A stretch of 53,351 nucleotides of DNA from Clostridia bacterium (lineage in GTDB: Bacteria; Bacillota; Clostridia; Christensenellales; UBA1242), in NCBI GenBank assembly GCA_028708805.1, contig JAQVYC010000001.1:10404-63754 (forward strand), given 5' to 3'. The notes under the pieces are model-generated. The model had not been told where the DNA came from. It searched no databases and worked only from the letters and a program-made list of their open reading frames with translations. Shown in pieces: positions 18,430 to 27,840 of the stretch (position 1 is its first letter; each line of letters begins with the position of its first letter). The translations under genes were made by a program, and so were the position numbers.

Positions 18430-20400
18430 ATGGCAAAAATACAGATATTAGATAAAACGGTTGCAAACAGGATTTCCGCTGGTGAAGTAGTGGAAAGACC
18501 GTCTTCTGTTGTTAAGGAATTATTCGAAAACAGCATTGATGCTGGGGCAGATAATATTATTATTGAAATTGAAGAAGGCGGAATTAAAAAGATTTCAATA
18601 ACTGACAACGGTTGCGGAATTGAGCATGAAGATGTAAAAACAGCATTTATGCCACATTCAACTAGTAAAATAAAAAGCATTGATGACTTAAATACAATCG
18701 ATACTTTAGGTTTTAGGGGAGAGGCGCTTGCAAGTATAGCCTCAGTTAGTCAAGTTGAATTGATAACTAAAACACACGATGCTAGCACAGCCATAAAAAT
18801 TATTGTAGAGGGTGGAGAATTTGGTTTAATTGAAGAAGTTTCCGCAAATATTGGCACTAAAATTACAGTAAAAAATTTATTTTACAATACACCTGCCAGA
18901 CAAAAGTTTTTACGAAAAAGTAAAACAGAAGAAACTGAAATAACAAACCTAATAGAAAAATTAATGCTCTCTAACCCTAATATATCAATTAAGTATATTA
19001 CAGATGGTAAAATGATATATAACACAACAGGCAGTGGGTTGTATGACATAATATACACAATATATGGTAAAGATATTTCAAACAATCTTATTCCTGTTAA
19101 CATAAAAAGAGGTGAATTTAATCTTATTGGTTATATAGGAAAACCAGAAATTTCTAAGTCGAATAGAACATATCAGACACTTATGATAAACAATCGTGTG
19201 GTTCAAAATTTTTTAATAAATAATGCTGTTACATCTGCTTATGAAAACTATTTAATGAAAAATCGTTTCCCATTTTTTGTGTTAAATTTAAGAATGCCAT
19301 TTGATAATGTAGATGTAAATGTGCATCCGAGTAAGCAGGAAGTAAAGTTTGAAAGACCAAATTTCATTTATAGTTTTTTTGCAAATAATATAGCCGAAAT
19401 TTTATTTAATTCAAGTCATATAAAGTCAATTGAAAACTTAAATAATATAGACAAAATTGATATATCAAAGTCAATTAATAATAAAGTTAGTCTATCCAAT
19501 GAATTAAATTTAATGGATAAAAATTTATCTGATGATAAATTTAAAAACTCATCGAATTTTGAACTTAAAGAAGTGGATGTTTTTACCGCAAATACAAAAA
19601 AAGAAGATAAAACTAAAAATCAATCTATGGAAAATAAATTTCAGGAAACACACAGAGATTTTTCTGACATATTGAAATTTAGAAATTCAAATTCACAATC
19701 TACAAATTTAGAATTTAAGTCTGATGAAAGTAATATTTCAAAAATATTTATAAAAAAGATAAAAGAGAATTCTTCACAACTCAAAAATTACTCAACTCAC
19801 GAACAAGCTTCAATAGAAGGAACATCAGATTTGCCACTTAAAATTATCGGTAGCGTTTTTAATACTTATATAATAACGCAAAAAGGTGACAAACTTTATA
19901 TAATTGATCAACATGCAGGGCATGAGCGAAAATTGTATGATAAATTTAATTTACAAATTGACAATAATAATTTAATCATTCAAGATTTATTAGTTGCTTA
20001 CACTTTTGATTGTAGTACGCTGGAATATCAATTCTTTATAGATAATATTAAAAAATTTGAAAACCTTGGTTTTTATATGGAACCATTTGGCCATAATAAT
20101 ATAAAATTAACAAGAATTCCGCTTTTGCTTTTCAATTTAAAAATTTCTGATTTTATTGATGAAGTAAAACTAAATATTATAAGCTTTAATAAAAAAACAT
20201 CTGATATTTTAAAAGAATTTATTGCACAAAAAGCTTGTAAATCCGCAGTCAAGGCGGGTGATAATTTATCTATACTTGAAATAAATTCACTTGTTAAGGA
20301 TTTAGAAAAGAACACTACGTTATTATGTCCACATGGTCGCCCGATAGTTATTGAGATTTCAAAAAAGCAATTAGAAAAATGGTTTAAAAGAATTGTGTGA
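18430..20400 (+). CDS. mutL: DNA mismatch repair protein MutL
   Basis: GHKL ATPase motifs (ISAGEVVERP, DNGCGI, GFRGEAL) and C-terminal dimerisation domain. The ATG at 18430 has an AAGAGGA RBS and is preferred to the track start at 18409. Confidence 0.95.
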   Translation: MAKIQILDKTVANRISAGEVVERPSSVVKELFENSIDAGADNIIIEIEEGGIKKISITDNGCGIEHEDVKTAFMPHSTSKIKSIDDLNTIDTLGFRGEALASIASVSQVELITKTHDASTAIKIIVEGGEFGLIEEVSANIGTKITVKNLFYNTPARQKFLRKSKTEETEITNLIEKLMLSNPNISIKYITDGKMIYNTTGSGLYDIIYTIYGKDISNNLIPVNIKRGEFNLIGYIGKPEISKSNRTYQTLMINNRVVQNFLINNAVTSAYENYLMKNRFPFFVLNLRMPFDNVDVNVHPSKQEVKFERPNFIYSFFANNIAEILFNSSHIKSIENLNNIDKIDISKSINNKVSLSNELNLMDKNLSDDKFKNSSNFELKEVDVFTANTKKEDKTKNQSMENKFQETHRDFSDILKFRNSNSQSTNLEFKSDESNISKIFIKKIKENSSQLKNYSTHEQASIEGTSDLPLKIIGSVFNTYIITQKGDKLYIIDQHAGHERKLYDKFNLQIDNNNLIIQDLLVAYTFDCSTLEYQFFIDNIKKFENLGFYMEPFGHNNIKLTRIPLLLFNLKISDFIDEVKLNIISFNKKTSDILKEFIAQKACKSAVKAGDNLSILEINSLVKDLEKNTTLLCPHGRPIVIEISKKQLEKWFKRIV

Positions 20401-20428
20401 AAATAAAAGCAAATGCAAGGAATATATT

Positions 20429-21334
20429 ATGAATAAAGTGTTGATAATCTTAGGACCCACAGCGACGGGGAAGAGTGAATTTGCAAGGATATGTGCTGAA
20501 AAATTTAATGGCGAAATTATATCTGCTGATTCTATTCAAATTTACAAAGAATTAAATATTGGTACAGCTAAAATTAAAAGTTCAGAAATGAATAATATCA
20601 AACACCATTTAATTGATATTAAGCATTTTTACGAAAGTTATAATGTGTGGGAATTTGTAAAGGATTGTAATAAAATAATAAAAGATATAATATCTCAAAA
20701 AAAACTTCCTATTATTGTTGGCGGAACTAACTTATATATTAAAGCTTTAATTGAAAAATATGATTTTAAAGACTCGAATAAAGATTTAGAATTAAGAGAA
20801 AAATTTAAAAAATTGGCAGAAGAATCAGATAGTGCTACTCTTTTCAATTTGCTTAAGGAAATCAATTTGGATAGGGCAATGCAGATAAATAAAAATGATA
20901 AATATAGAATCATAAAAGCATTAGAAAACTTTTATGCCAAAGATAAAAAGGACGATTTAATTAACCCAGAGCAAGAAGACTATGAATTTAAACTCTATGC
21001 ATTAAATTTACCTAGAGAAATTTTATATGAAAAAATTAATCAAAGAGTGGATATTATGCTTCAAAATGGACTACTTGACGAGGTTATTTATTTAAAAAAA
21101 CAAGGATTAACTTCTGAAATGCAAGCGGGTAAGAGCATAGGATATAAAGAACTTCTTGATTATCTAGACGAAAAAATTACATTAGATTTTGCTGTTGATA
21201 AAATTAAACAGCATAGCCGAAACTACGCAAAACGCCAACTAACATGGTTAAGAAGTATGAAAAATTTAACTTGGCTTGATGCTTCGAATTCAAACGATTC
21301 AATTAAAATTCTAAAAGAAGAAATGTTTGATTAA
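20429..21334 (+). CDS. miaA: tRNA dimethylallyltransferase MiaA
   Basis: P-loop GPTATGKS, SADSIQIYK, GGTNLY motifs. The track start at 20393 is a TTG inside the mutL 3' end; the ATG at 20429 has an AAGGA RBS. Confidence 0.92.
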   Translation: MNKVLIILGPTATGKSEFARICAEKFNGEIISADSIQIYKELNIGTAKIKSSEMNNIKHHLIDIKHFYESYNVWEFVKDCNKIIKDIISQKKLPIIVGGTNLYIKALIEKYDFKDSNKDLELREKFKKLAEESDSATLFNLLKEINLDRAMQINKNDKYRIIKALENFYAKDKKDDLINPEQEDYEFKLYALNLPREILYEKINQRVDIMLQNGLLDEVIYLKKQGLTSEMQAGKSIGYKELLDYLDEKITLDFAVDKIKQHSRNYAKRQLTWLRSMKNLTWLDASNSNDSIKILKEEMFD

Positions 21335-21374
21335 TTGTATTTATTTTACTTTTGACAAAAAACCACTTTAATTA

Positions 21375-21413
21375 AAACAAATGTTTTACATATTAAATTA
21401 ATTATGTTATAAT
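21375..21413 (+). promoter_or_regulatory. lexA promoter with an overlapping SOS-box-like palindrome
   Basis: TTTACA (21385-21390), 17-nt spacer, TGtTATAAT (-10 at 21408-21413). Palindrome AAAC-AAAT-GTTT (21375-21386) resembles the Firmicute LexA box GAAC-N4-GTTC and overlaps the -35. Confidence 0.45.
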
Positions 21414-21446
21414 TAAACAATATAAAGAATTTTAGAGGTTTAATTT

Positions 21447-22064
21447 ATGAAAAAGATAGAAGCTAATCTAATAAAAATTTTAGATTTTATTAAAAATAAC
21501 TTTCTATCCAAAGGATATGCACCAAATATAAGAGAAATGTGTGCCCACATTGGTGTAACTTCAACAAGCACTGTTATATATTACTTAAAAAAGCTTGAAG
21601 AAAGAGGATTGATAAAAAGAGATTATAACAAAAATCGTGCCATTGAATATTTAGGAAATGATGCCCAAATGGTAAAAAATCAATACAGTATGGTTAATCT
21701 TCCTCTCGTTGGTAAAATTGCAGGCGGAACTCCTATTTTAGCAGAAGAAAATCTAGTTGAGATATATTCTGTATCTCAAAATTTATTTGGAACTAATCAA
21801 GAAATTTTTATGCTAGAAGTGGTTGGTGATAGTATGGCAGATATCGGCATTAATGATGGTGATACTGTTGTTGCAAAGGTGCAAAACCATGCTGAAAATG
21901 GCGAAATAGTTGTTGCTAAAACACATTTGGGGTCAACTGTGAAAAAATTTTATAAAGAAAATAATGGTTATAGATTACAACCTCAAAACGCTTCGCATTT
22001 GCCGATGTACTTAGATGATGTTGAAGTATTAGGCAAAGTTATAGCTTCAATTAAAAGATATTGA
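21447..22064 (+). CDS. lexA: SOS repressor LexA
   Basis: N-terminal wHTH, Ala-Gly cleavage site (KIAGGTP), catalytic GDSM serine and VAK lysine; AGAGG RBS. Confidence 0.94.
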   Translation: MKKIEANLIKILDFIKNNFLSKGYAPNIREMCAHIGVTSTSTVIYYLKKLEERGLIKRDYNKNRAIEYLGNDAQMVKNQYSMVNLPLVGKIAGGTPILAEENLVEIYSVSQNLFGTNQEIFMLEVVGDSMADIGINDGDTVVAKVQNHAENGEIVVAKTHLGSTVKKFYKENNGYRLQPQNASHLPMYLDDVEVLGKVIASIKRY

Positions 22065-22095
22065 ATTAAAAATATTTTAATATATTTACAAATAA

Positions 22096-23139
22096 TTATT
22101 TGTCATTCTTTACTCGCAAATTTACTTGGTTTGCGGCATTTTTTCTTATATCTTCGCTTATTGCAGCATAATGTTTTTTTGTTGTATTAACATCTTTATG
22201 ACCCAAAACATCCGCAACAATATATATGTCTTTTGTAGCCCTATAAAGATTAGTTCCGTATGTGCTTCTTAATTTATGAGGACTTATATTTTTAAGCGGG
22301 GAAGCAGGTTTGGCATATTTCTTAACTAAATTCTCAACAGCTCTCACAGATATTCTCTTGTTTTGTAATGAAATAAAAAGAGCGGTTTCCGTTTTAGGTA
22401 AATTTTTCAATGTTCTAATTTCAAGCCAATCTAATAAAGCAATTTTTACTTCATCTGAAAAATATAAGATTGTCTGATTTCCCCCTTTTCTAGTTACTTT
22501 AAAAGAATTTGATTCGAAATCAATATTATCAATATTAATTCCAACGAGTTCGCTAACTCGAATTCCAGTACCTAAAAACAAACTTAGAATTGCGACATCA
22601 CGCTCACGAGTGTTTTTTAAATAAGCTCTTTGTCTGTCGGTTAAGTCATTTGCGGTTTCTGCTTGATCCAAAATCTTAATGATTTCATCAACTTCTAATC
22701 TTACAATAGATTTTTCGTGTATTTTAGGTGTGGTAACTTTACTGGCAACATCAAATTTAATCTTGTCGTTATTGTATAGATATTTAAAAAGACCTCTTAT
22801 GCTGGCAAGCTTTCTAGCTTTACCTTTTTCGTTATTTTTATAATTTTTTTCATTGTAAGTATAATAAGATAAGTAACTTAAAAATGAAATTATATCAGAG
22901 GCGGTAATTTTTTCAAGATGTGAAAAATTAATTTCTTTGATAGGTATTCCAAATTTATATTTAGAAATAAAATCAAAAAAAATTCTTAAATCTAAGGTAT
23001 ATCCTAATCTAGTCAAGGAAGAAGTATTATTTTCAATTTCATATATAAAATTAGTACAAAAAGGTGGCAACTCCATAAGGCTTGCTGAAATTTTATCAGT
23101 ATTAATTCTGTCTTGTTTTATATAATAATTATTTTTCAC
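22096..23139 (-). CDS. Tyrosine recombinase, XerC/XerD family
   Basis: Catalytic set is visible: GIRVSEL (Arg), KGG (Lys), HKLRST (His-x-x-Arg), LGHKD (His), KHY (Tyr). The start is uncertain: GTG at 23139, or the ATG at 23076. Confidence 0.8.
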   Translation of the reverse strand: MKNNYYIKQDRINTDKISASLMELPPFCTNFIYEIENNTSSLTRLGYTLDLRIFFDFISKYKFGIPIKEINFSHLEKITASDIISFLSYLSYYTYNEKNYKNNEKGKARKLASIRGLFKYLYNNDKIKFDVASKVTTPKIHEKSIVRLEVDEIIKILDQAETANDLTDRQRAYLKNTRERDVAILSLFLGTGIRVSELVGINIDNIDFESNSFKVTRKGGNQTILYFSDEVKIALLDWLEIRTLKNLPKTETALFISLQNKRISVRAVENLVKKYAKPASPLKNISPHKLRSTYGTNLYRATKDIYIVADVLGHKDVNTTKKHYAAISEDIRKNAANQVNLRVKNDK

Positions 23140-23320
23140 ATTAAAATGTTAACATATTTCAATATTTTATTCAATGAAATAGACGATAATTAAAAAAGCA
23201 AGATTAAAATAAACTCAATAAACATTCCTTTTACCAAAAAATTCATAATACATTTTATTGCGTTTATATTGCGTTTGTAATATTATAATGTTATAATTAA
23301 ACAAAAAAATGAGGTATGAA

Positions 23321-24604
23321 ATGTTAGATATAAATTTAATTAGAAATAATCCTGAAAAAGTCAGAAAAGCTCTTTTAAAAAAGAATTGGGATGCCGATTT
23401 TACAATATTAATAAAGAAGTTTGACGAAAAAAAAGATTTAATTAAAAAGAATGATGAACTAAAAGCGGAAAAAAACAAGCTATCTGCTCAGGTTCCTGTT
23501 TTAAAAAAAGAAGGGAAATCAACTGAAAAAATATTTGAGACTGTTAAAAATATAAACAGTGAAATTGAACATTACGATTCTATAATTAAGCAATTAAATG
23601 ATGAGATTTTTGAATATGTAAGTGCTTTACCAAATATTCCAGATGATGATTTGGCAGATGGTGGTAAAGAAAATAATAAGACAATAAGGACATTTGGTAA
23701 AAAACCGCAATTTGATTTCGAAGCTAAAAACCATATTGACTTATGTGAAAATTTAGGATTGATTGATTATTCTCGTGCAGCAAAATTAAGCGGTAAAGGC
23801 ACCTGGATGTACACGGGTGATGGTGCTAGATTAGAATGGGCTTTATTAAATTTCTTCATTGGTGAGCATTTAAAAGATGAATATAAGTTCATATTACCAC
23901 CACATATACTTAACTATGAAAGCGGATTTGTAGCAGGGCAGTTTCCTAAATTTGAAAAAGATGTTTTTTGGTTAGAGGGAACAGAACCTAAAAAATTTAT
24001 ATTGCCGACCGCAGAAACTGCACTTGTAAATTTTCACAGAGATGAAATCTTGAATGAAAATGAATTACCTAAAAAATATTTTGCTTACACACCTTGTTAC
24101 AGATGCGAAGCGGGTAGTTATCGAACAGAAGAAAGAGGTATGATAAGAGGATATCAGTTTAACAAAGTTGAAATTTTCCAATATACAACACCCGAAAAAT
24201 CTGATGAAGCATTTGAAGAATTAGTAAAAAAGGCAGAAAGTTTAGCTGAAAAGCTAGGTTTGCATTTTCAAACGAGCAAGTTAGCTGCAGCTGATTGTTC
24301 TCATAGCATGTCAAGAACTTATGATATAGAAGTTTGGATTCCTAGTATGGAAATATATAAAGAAGTTTCTTCGGCAAGTAATGCAAGAGATTACCAGGCA
24401 AGAAGGGGAAATATAAGATTTAAAGATAACAAAACAGGAAAAAGCAGATTTTGTCATATTTTAAATGCTTCAGGCCTTGCAACCGCAAGAATTATTCCTG
24501 CAATTGTTGAGCAGTTTCAAAATAAAGATGGAAGTGTTAATATTCCAGATGTGCTAGTTCCTTTTATGAATGGTCAAAATGTATTAAGTCCAATAAAAAA
24601 ATAA
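23321..24604 (+). CDS. serS: Seryl-tRNA synthetase
   Basis: MLDINLIRNNPEKV N-terminus, coiled-coil arm, class II motifs (YQFNKVEIF, NASGLATAR). The ATG at 23321 has a GAGGT RBS 5 nt upstream and is preferred to 23309. Confidence 0.96.
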   Translation: MLDINLIRNNPEKVRKALLKKNWDADFTILIKKFDEKKDLIKKNDELKAEKNKLSAQVPVLKKEGKSTEKIFETVKNINSEIEHYDSIIKQLNDEIFEYVSALPNIPDDDLADGGKENNKTIRTFGKKPQFDFEAKNHIDLCENLGLIDYSRAAKLSGKGTWMYTGDGARLEWALLNFFIGEHLKDEYKFILPPHILNYESGFVAGQFPKFEKDVFWLEGTEPKKFILPTAETALVNFHRDEILNENELPKKYFAYTPCYRCEAGSYRTEERGMIRGYQFNKVEIFQYTTPEKSDEAFEELVKKAESLAEKLGLHFQTSKLAAADCSHSMSRTYDIEVWIPSMEIYKEVSSASNARDYQARRGNIRFKDNKTGKSRFCHILNASGLATARIIPAIVEQFQNKDGSVNIPDVLVPFMNGQNVLSPIKK

Positions 24605-24637
24605 AATAAAGCTTTTATAGTAAATAGCAGGAAGAAA

Positions 24638-25573
24638 ATGAATGTTTTTAATGAAGGGACAATTGAGAGTTTTGCATTAGGTGTTGATTGTGATATAATT
24701 ACCGAAGCTTTATCTAAACTAAATTTAATAATAGATAACACAATTGCAGATATGAAAAAAGTAAATGCTTTTTTGATAGGGCAGTGTGAAATAATACCAA
24801 TTAACGAATTTAGTTCGGGTGCTGTATCATCAATTTCAACTCTGGATATTTTTTTAACCTTGACTAGTTCACAAATTGAATTTAATACAATTAAATTAAA
24901 TCAGAACAAATTTAAAAATTTTACAAAGAGAATTAAATGGGCGTGGGAAAATAAAGATGTCAATAAAAAAAAGAAAAAAAAATTAAAGGCAAAAACAGAC
25001 AATGCTCAAACACTAAATAACAAGTATGATATTTTTAGATTTAATAATGATTTTTTAAATTCAGTAATTAAATATTTAAATCAAACAACTATATGTAGCA
25101 TTGAAAGGGGAGTGATAAAAATTAATGGTGATTGCTTGCCCTTTGATGTGCGCATTTTTCCTGTAATTAATAAATTTGGTTCATATAATTTCTTTTTAAA
25201 CAGTAAAAATAAATTTATTAATATAGATTTCAAAAACAGATTTAAAAACATAGAAGATATGTATGAAAATTATGGAGAAACTTATTTGGCTTTAATAAGA
25301 ATCTTTAACTCATTATATTATAATATTTACAATAAGCAGGCAAATCAATTTTTCATTGAAAGTTTAGTTTTAAACTTGCCCGCTGAAACATTTTTTAAAG
25401 AAACAAATTACTCCTGTTTTGTATTTGCAATGAATTTTTTTGCTAATGTGAATTTGAATGAATTAAAAGCTTGCACCGATTTAAATAAAAAGATATTTGA
25501 AGAAAAATTATGCGGAACAAGTTTATCTCAAATGATTGAGTTCATGCAAAACATAAAAAAATATATTGATTAA
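24638..25573 (+). CDS. Hypothetical protein; possibly a degenerate Pol-beta-fold nucleotidyltransferase-like protein
   Basis: 311-aa ORF with an AGGAAG RBS, 33 nt after serS. Weak pattern resemblance only (GQ...STLDIFL, FDVRIFPV, LIRIFNSL, FIESLVLNLP). No family firmly recognised. Confidence 0.55.
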   Translation: MNVFNEGTIESFALGVDCDIITEALSKLNLIIDNTIADMKKVNAFLIGQCEIIPINEFSSGAVSSISTLDIFLTLTSSQIEFNTIKLNQNKFKNFTKRIKWAWENKDVNKKKKKKLKAKTDNAQTLNNKYDIFRFNNDFLNSVIKYLNQTTICSIERGVIKINGDCLPFDVRIFPVINKFGSYNFFLNSKNKFINIDFKNRFKNIEDMYENYGETYLALIRIFNSLYYNIYNKQANQFFIESLVLNLPAETFFKETNYSCFVFAMNFFANVNLNELKACTDLNKKIFEEKLCGTSLSQMIEFMQNIKKYID

Positions 25574-25674
25574 TTTTATTTTCTTTTTATATTTATGTTG
25601 GAGTTAGTGTAGGAGATAGATAAATTAAGTTAGGAGTAGTCAAATTTTAATATTCTTGACTTATTTTTATATTT

Positions 25675-25714
25675 ACAATCTATTCGCAAAAGACAAGTTT
25701 AGCGAATAGATTGT
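25675..25714. repeat. 13-bp perfect inverted repeat with a 14-nt spacer in a long non-coding region
   Basis: acaatctattcgc (25675-25687) and gcgaatagattgt (25702-25714) are exact reverse complements. No flanking T-run on either strand. Confidence 0.85.
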
Positions 25715-26061
25715 GCAAAAAGGCTAACACTATATAATTATAATAAATGTTATTATAACCCATATCAGTATCAGTAATTTAATGTTAAAGTAACTATTCC
25801 GTAATAAACAAATTATTTCATTTTTAGCTGAACGATTTGATGCTATTACTTTTTCTAAAATCTTTATGGTTTATAACTTAAACTATATTAATTTTGTTGT
25901 TTTTAATTGATTTAGTCTTACTTTAATCTAAAAATACACATTACAATCAAACTTTATATTTAATTAATTCATTATCCTTCTATACCATATAGTATTCTAA
26001 TTTAGTATTTTAAGAAATTTAGCATATTTTGCGTACTACGCATTTGCATAGTATCAATTTA

Positions 26062-26090
26062 TTGACTTATAATCATAATTCTGTTATATT
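26062..26090 (+). promoter_or_regulatory. SigA-type promoter upstream of the PadR-like gene
   Basis: TTGACT (26062-26067), 17-nt spacer, TATATT (26085-26090), about 40 nt upstream of the ATG at 26130. Confidence 0.45.
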
Positions 26091-26129
26091 ATAAATATAA
26101 ATATTGTAAGTAAAGTGAGGTATTATTTT

Positions 26130-27710
26130 ATGTATAATGTACCAAGAGGACAACTTTCTACAATTTTGCTATCAACTTTAATAGATGGGGACAAGTATGG
26201 AGTTGAAATAATTTCAAATATTAAGGAAAAAACTGATGGCAATTTAACTATAAAGCAACCTAGCCTTTATAGTTCGCTCGCTCGAATGGAAAAACAAGGC
26301 TTTATTAATTCATATTGGCGTGATGGAGACAAAGGCGGGAAACGACATTATTACAGTATAACTGATTTAGGCAAAAAACAGCTAGGTAATTTAGAAAATA
26401 ATTTTTTTGTTATTCAAAATAATGTATCAAATAATGAAATTTCAACAAATCCTTCCCCTACTAATATTGATTTGAATAATATTCCTATTGAAAAAAAACA
26501 AAGAGTTGAAACCTTAGGAGTGACAGAAAATACCGCAATTAAACAAAGTTCCTTTTTAAATACTTCTACCTTTAAAATTAAAACAAATAAAGAAAAAGAT
26601 ACTGCATCTGAAAAACAAATAAACATTTTCGAGAATAATGCAGATTTAATTAAAAAGAAATTCAATATAGAAAATGAAATTAGCAACTGTAAGCCAACCA
26701 ATTTAAGTTTTGCCGCGAAAATCAAAAATTTAAACTCATTAAATGAAGTAAATAACAAATTTAGTAAAGATAGTAATGAAAATGTATTATTAGATTCTAA
26801 AAACAATCTCATCTCAGATAAAACAAATTTTGAAGAAAATGATAATATTATTGATAATGAAAAAAATGTAGATATAACTGAAATTTTGACAACCCAAAAT
26901 CAAAGTTCGGAAGCAAGAATTAATATAAACAATGAATTGCCTATCGATATTCAAAAAGATAAAGAGATGGACTCTCAAATAGAAAATGTCGAAAAAAAAT
27001 TTAAACCCGAAAGACAATCTTTGGACGATATGTCAAATTTTAAAAAAACAAATTTCTTGCATTTAAATAATAATTCAACAATTAAATTAAATCCTAATGC
27101 TCTCGAATACGGTCATACGGAAAAAATTAATGAACTTTATAAGAAAAGTAAAAAAATTAATGAAAATCAATTTATTTCATCTGATACTCCAACATATAAT
27201 GAATTGAGTGATTATTATAAAAATATTAATGTGCATTTTTCAGTACATTCGCATGATAAAAACAAAAAAGGTGTGAAAAACTTAAACTACATAGATTTTT
27301 ATAAAGCTGGTTTGAAAAAGTATTTTATTTTATTCTTATTGATTGCCTTTGAGACGATAAGTTGCTATTTTGCATTTACTTATTTTAATTTAGAGATAGC
27401 TTATTCAAATATTTATTTTATAATACCAGCGGTATCTTTAATTATGCCTATTTATTATTTTATTTTAGTAATAAATTCAAAAACAAAATACATATCTGAT
27501 GTAAAAATAAATTCTTTTTGGCTAGATTTATTAATATTTGCTGTAGGAATTGTTTTGCTATATTCGATAAATATGCTTTTAGGGCTTACATATGCAAACA
27601 TTTTAGAATACGCAACAACTTTTATATATCCGGCGATTCTATTAGTTAATATTTTATTCGTTTATGCATTAAACTCATCAATATATAAGAATATAAAAAA
27701 ATATGATTAA
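26130..27710 (+). CDS. Membrane-anchored PadR-family transcriptional regulator-like protein
   Basis: N-terminal PadR wHTH (LLSTLIDGDKYGVEIISNIKE...SLYSSLARMEKQGFINSYW...RHYYSITDLGKKQL), then a ~300-aa Asn/Lys-rich linker, then four hydrophobic helices at the C-terminus. The ATG at 26130 has a GAGG RBS; the track start at 26115 is a GTG. Confidence 0.75.
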   Translation: MYNVPRGQLSTILLSTLIDGDKYGVEIISNIKEKTDGNLTIKQPSLYSSLARMEKQGFINSYWRDGDKGGKRHYYSITDLGKKQLGNLENNFFVIQNNVSNNEISTNPSPTNIDLNNIPIEKKQRVETLGVTENTAIKQSSFLNTSTFKIKTNKEKDTASEKQINIFENNADLIKKKFNIENEISNCKPTNLSFAAKIKNLNSLNEVNNKFSKDSNENVLLDSKNNLISDKTNFEENDNIIDNEKNVDITEILTTQNQSSEARININNELPIDIQKDKEMDSQIENVEKKFKPERQSLDDMSNFKKTNFLHLNNNSTIKLNPNALEYGHTEKINELYKKSKKINENQFISSDTPTYNELSDYYKNINVHFSVHSHDKNKKGVKNLNYIDFYKAGLKKYFILFLLIAFETISCYFAFTYFNLEIAYSNIYFIIPAVSLIMPIYYFILVINSKTKYISDVKINSFWLDLLIFAVGIVLLYSINMLLGLTYANILEYATTFIYPAILLVNILFVYALNSSIYKNIKKYD

Positions 27711-27814
27711 TAACAAGAATGAAAAATAAAATGATTATAATTTCGATGAAAAAATTTTTAACCATAATATAGAAGTCTCAATAAAGAGGTTTTTAATCAT
27801 AATATAAAATAAAG

Positions 27815-27840
27815 AAAAAGAAGCTGAAAAGCTTCTTTTT
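27815..27840. terminator. Bidirectional intrinsic terminator at the convergence point
   Basis: aaaaagaagc (27815-27824) and gcttcttttt (27831-27840) form a perfect 10-bp stem with loop tgaaaa. A-rich on one side and T-rich on the other; 14 nt from the rny stop. Confidence 0.8.

Noticed and set aside
22096-23139. Tyrosine recombinase as the marker of an integrated mobile element
   Set aside because: It is flanked directly by lexA and serS. No phage, conjugation or cargo genes and no flanking direct repeats are visible, so a chromosomal Xer-type recombinase is the simpler reading.
23140-23320. T-box leader upstream of serS
   Set aside because: The upstream region is only about 180 nt, and I see no T-box sequence (AAnnnGGGTGGTACCGCG-like) and no terminator/antiterminator pair. 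A simple promoter (TTGCGT, 17 nt, TATTAT, and TGtTATAAT) is more likely.
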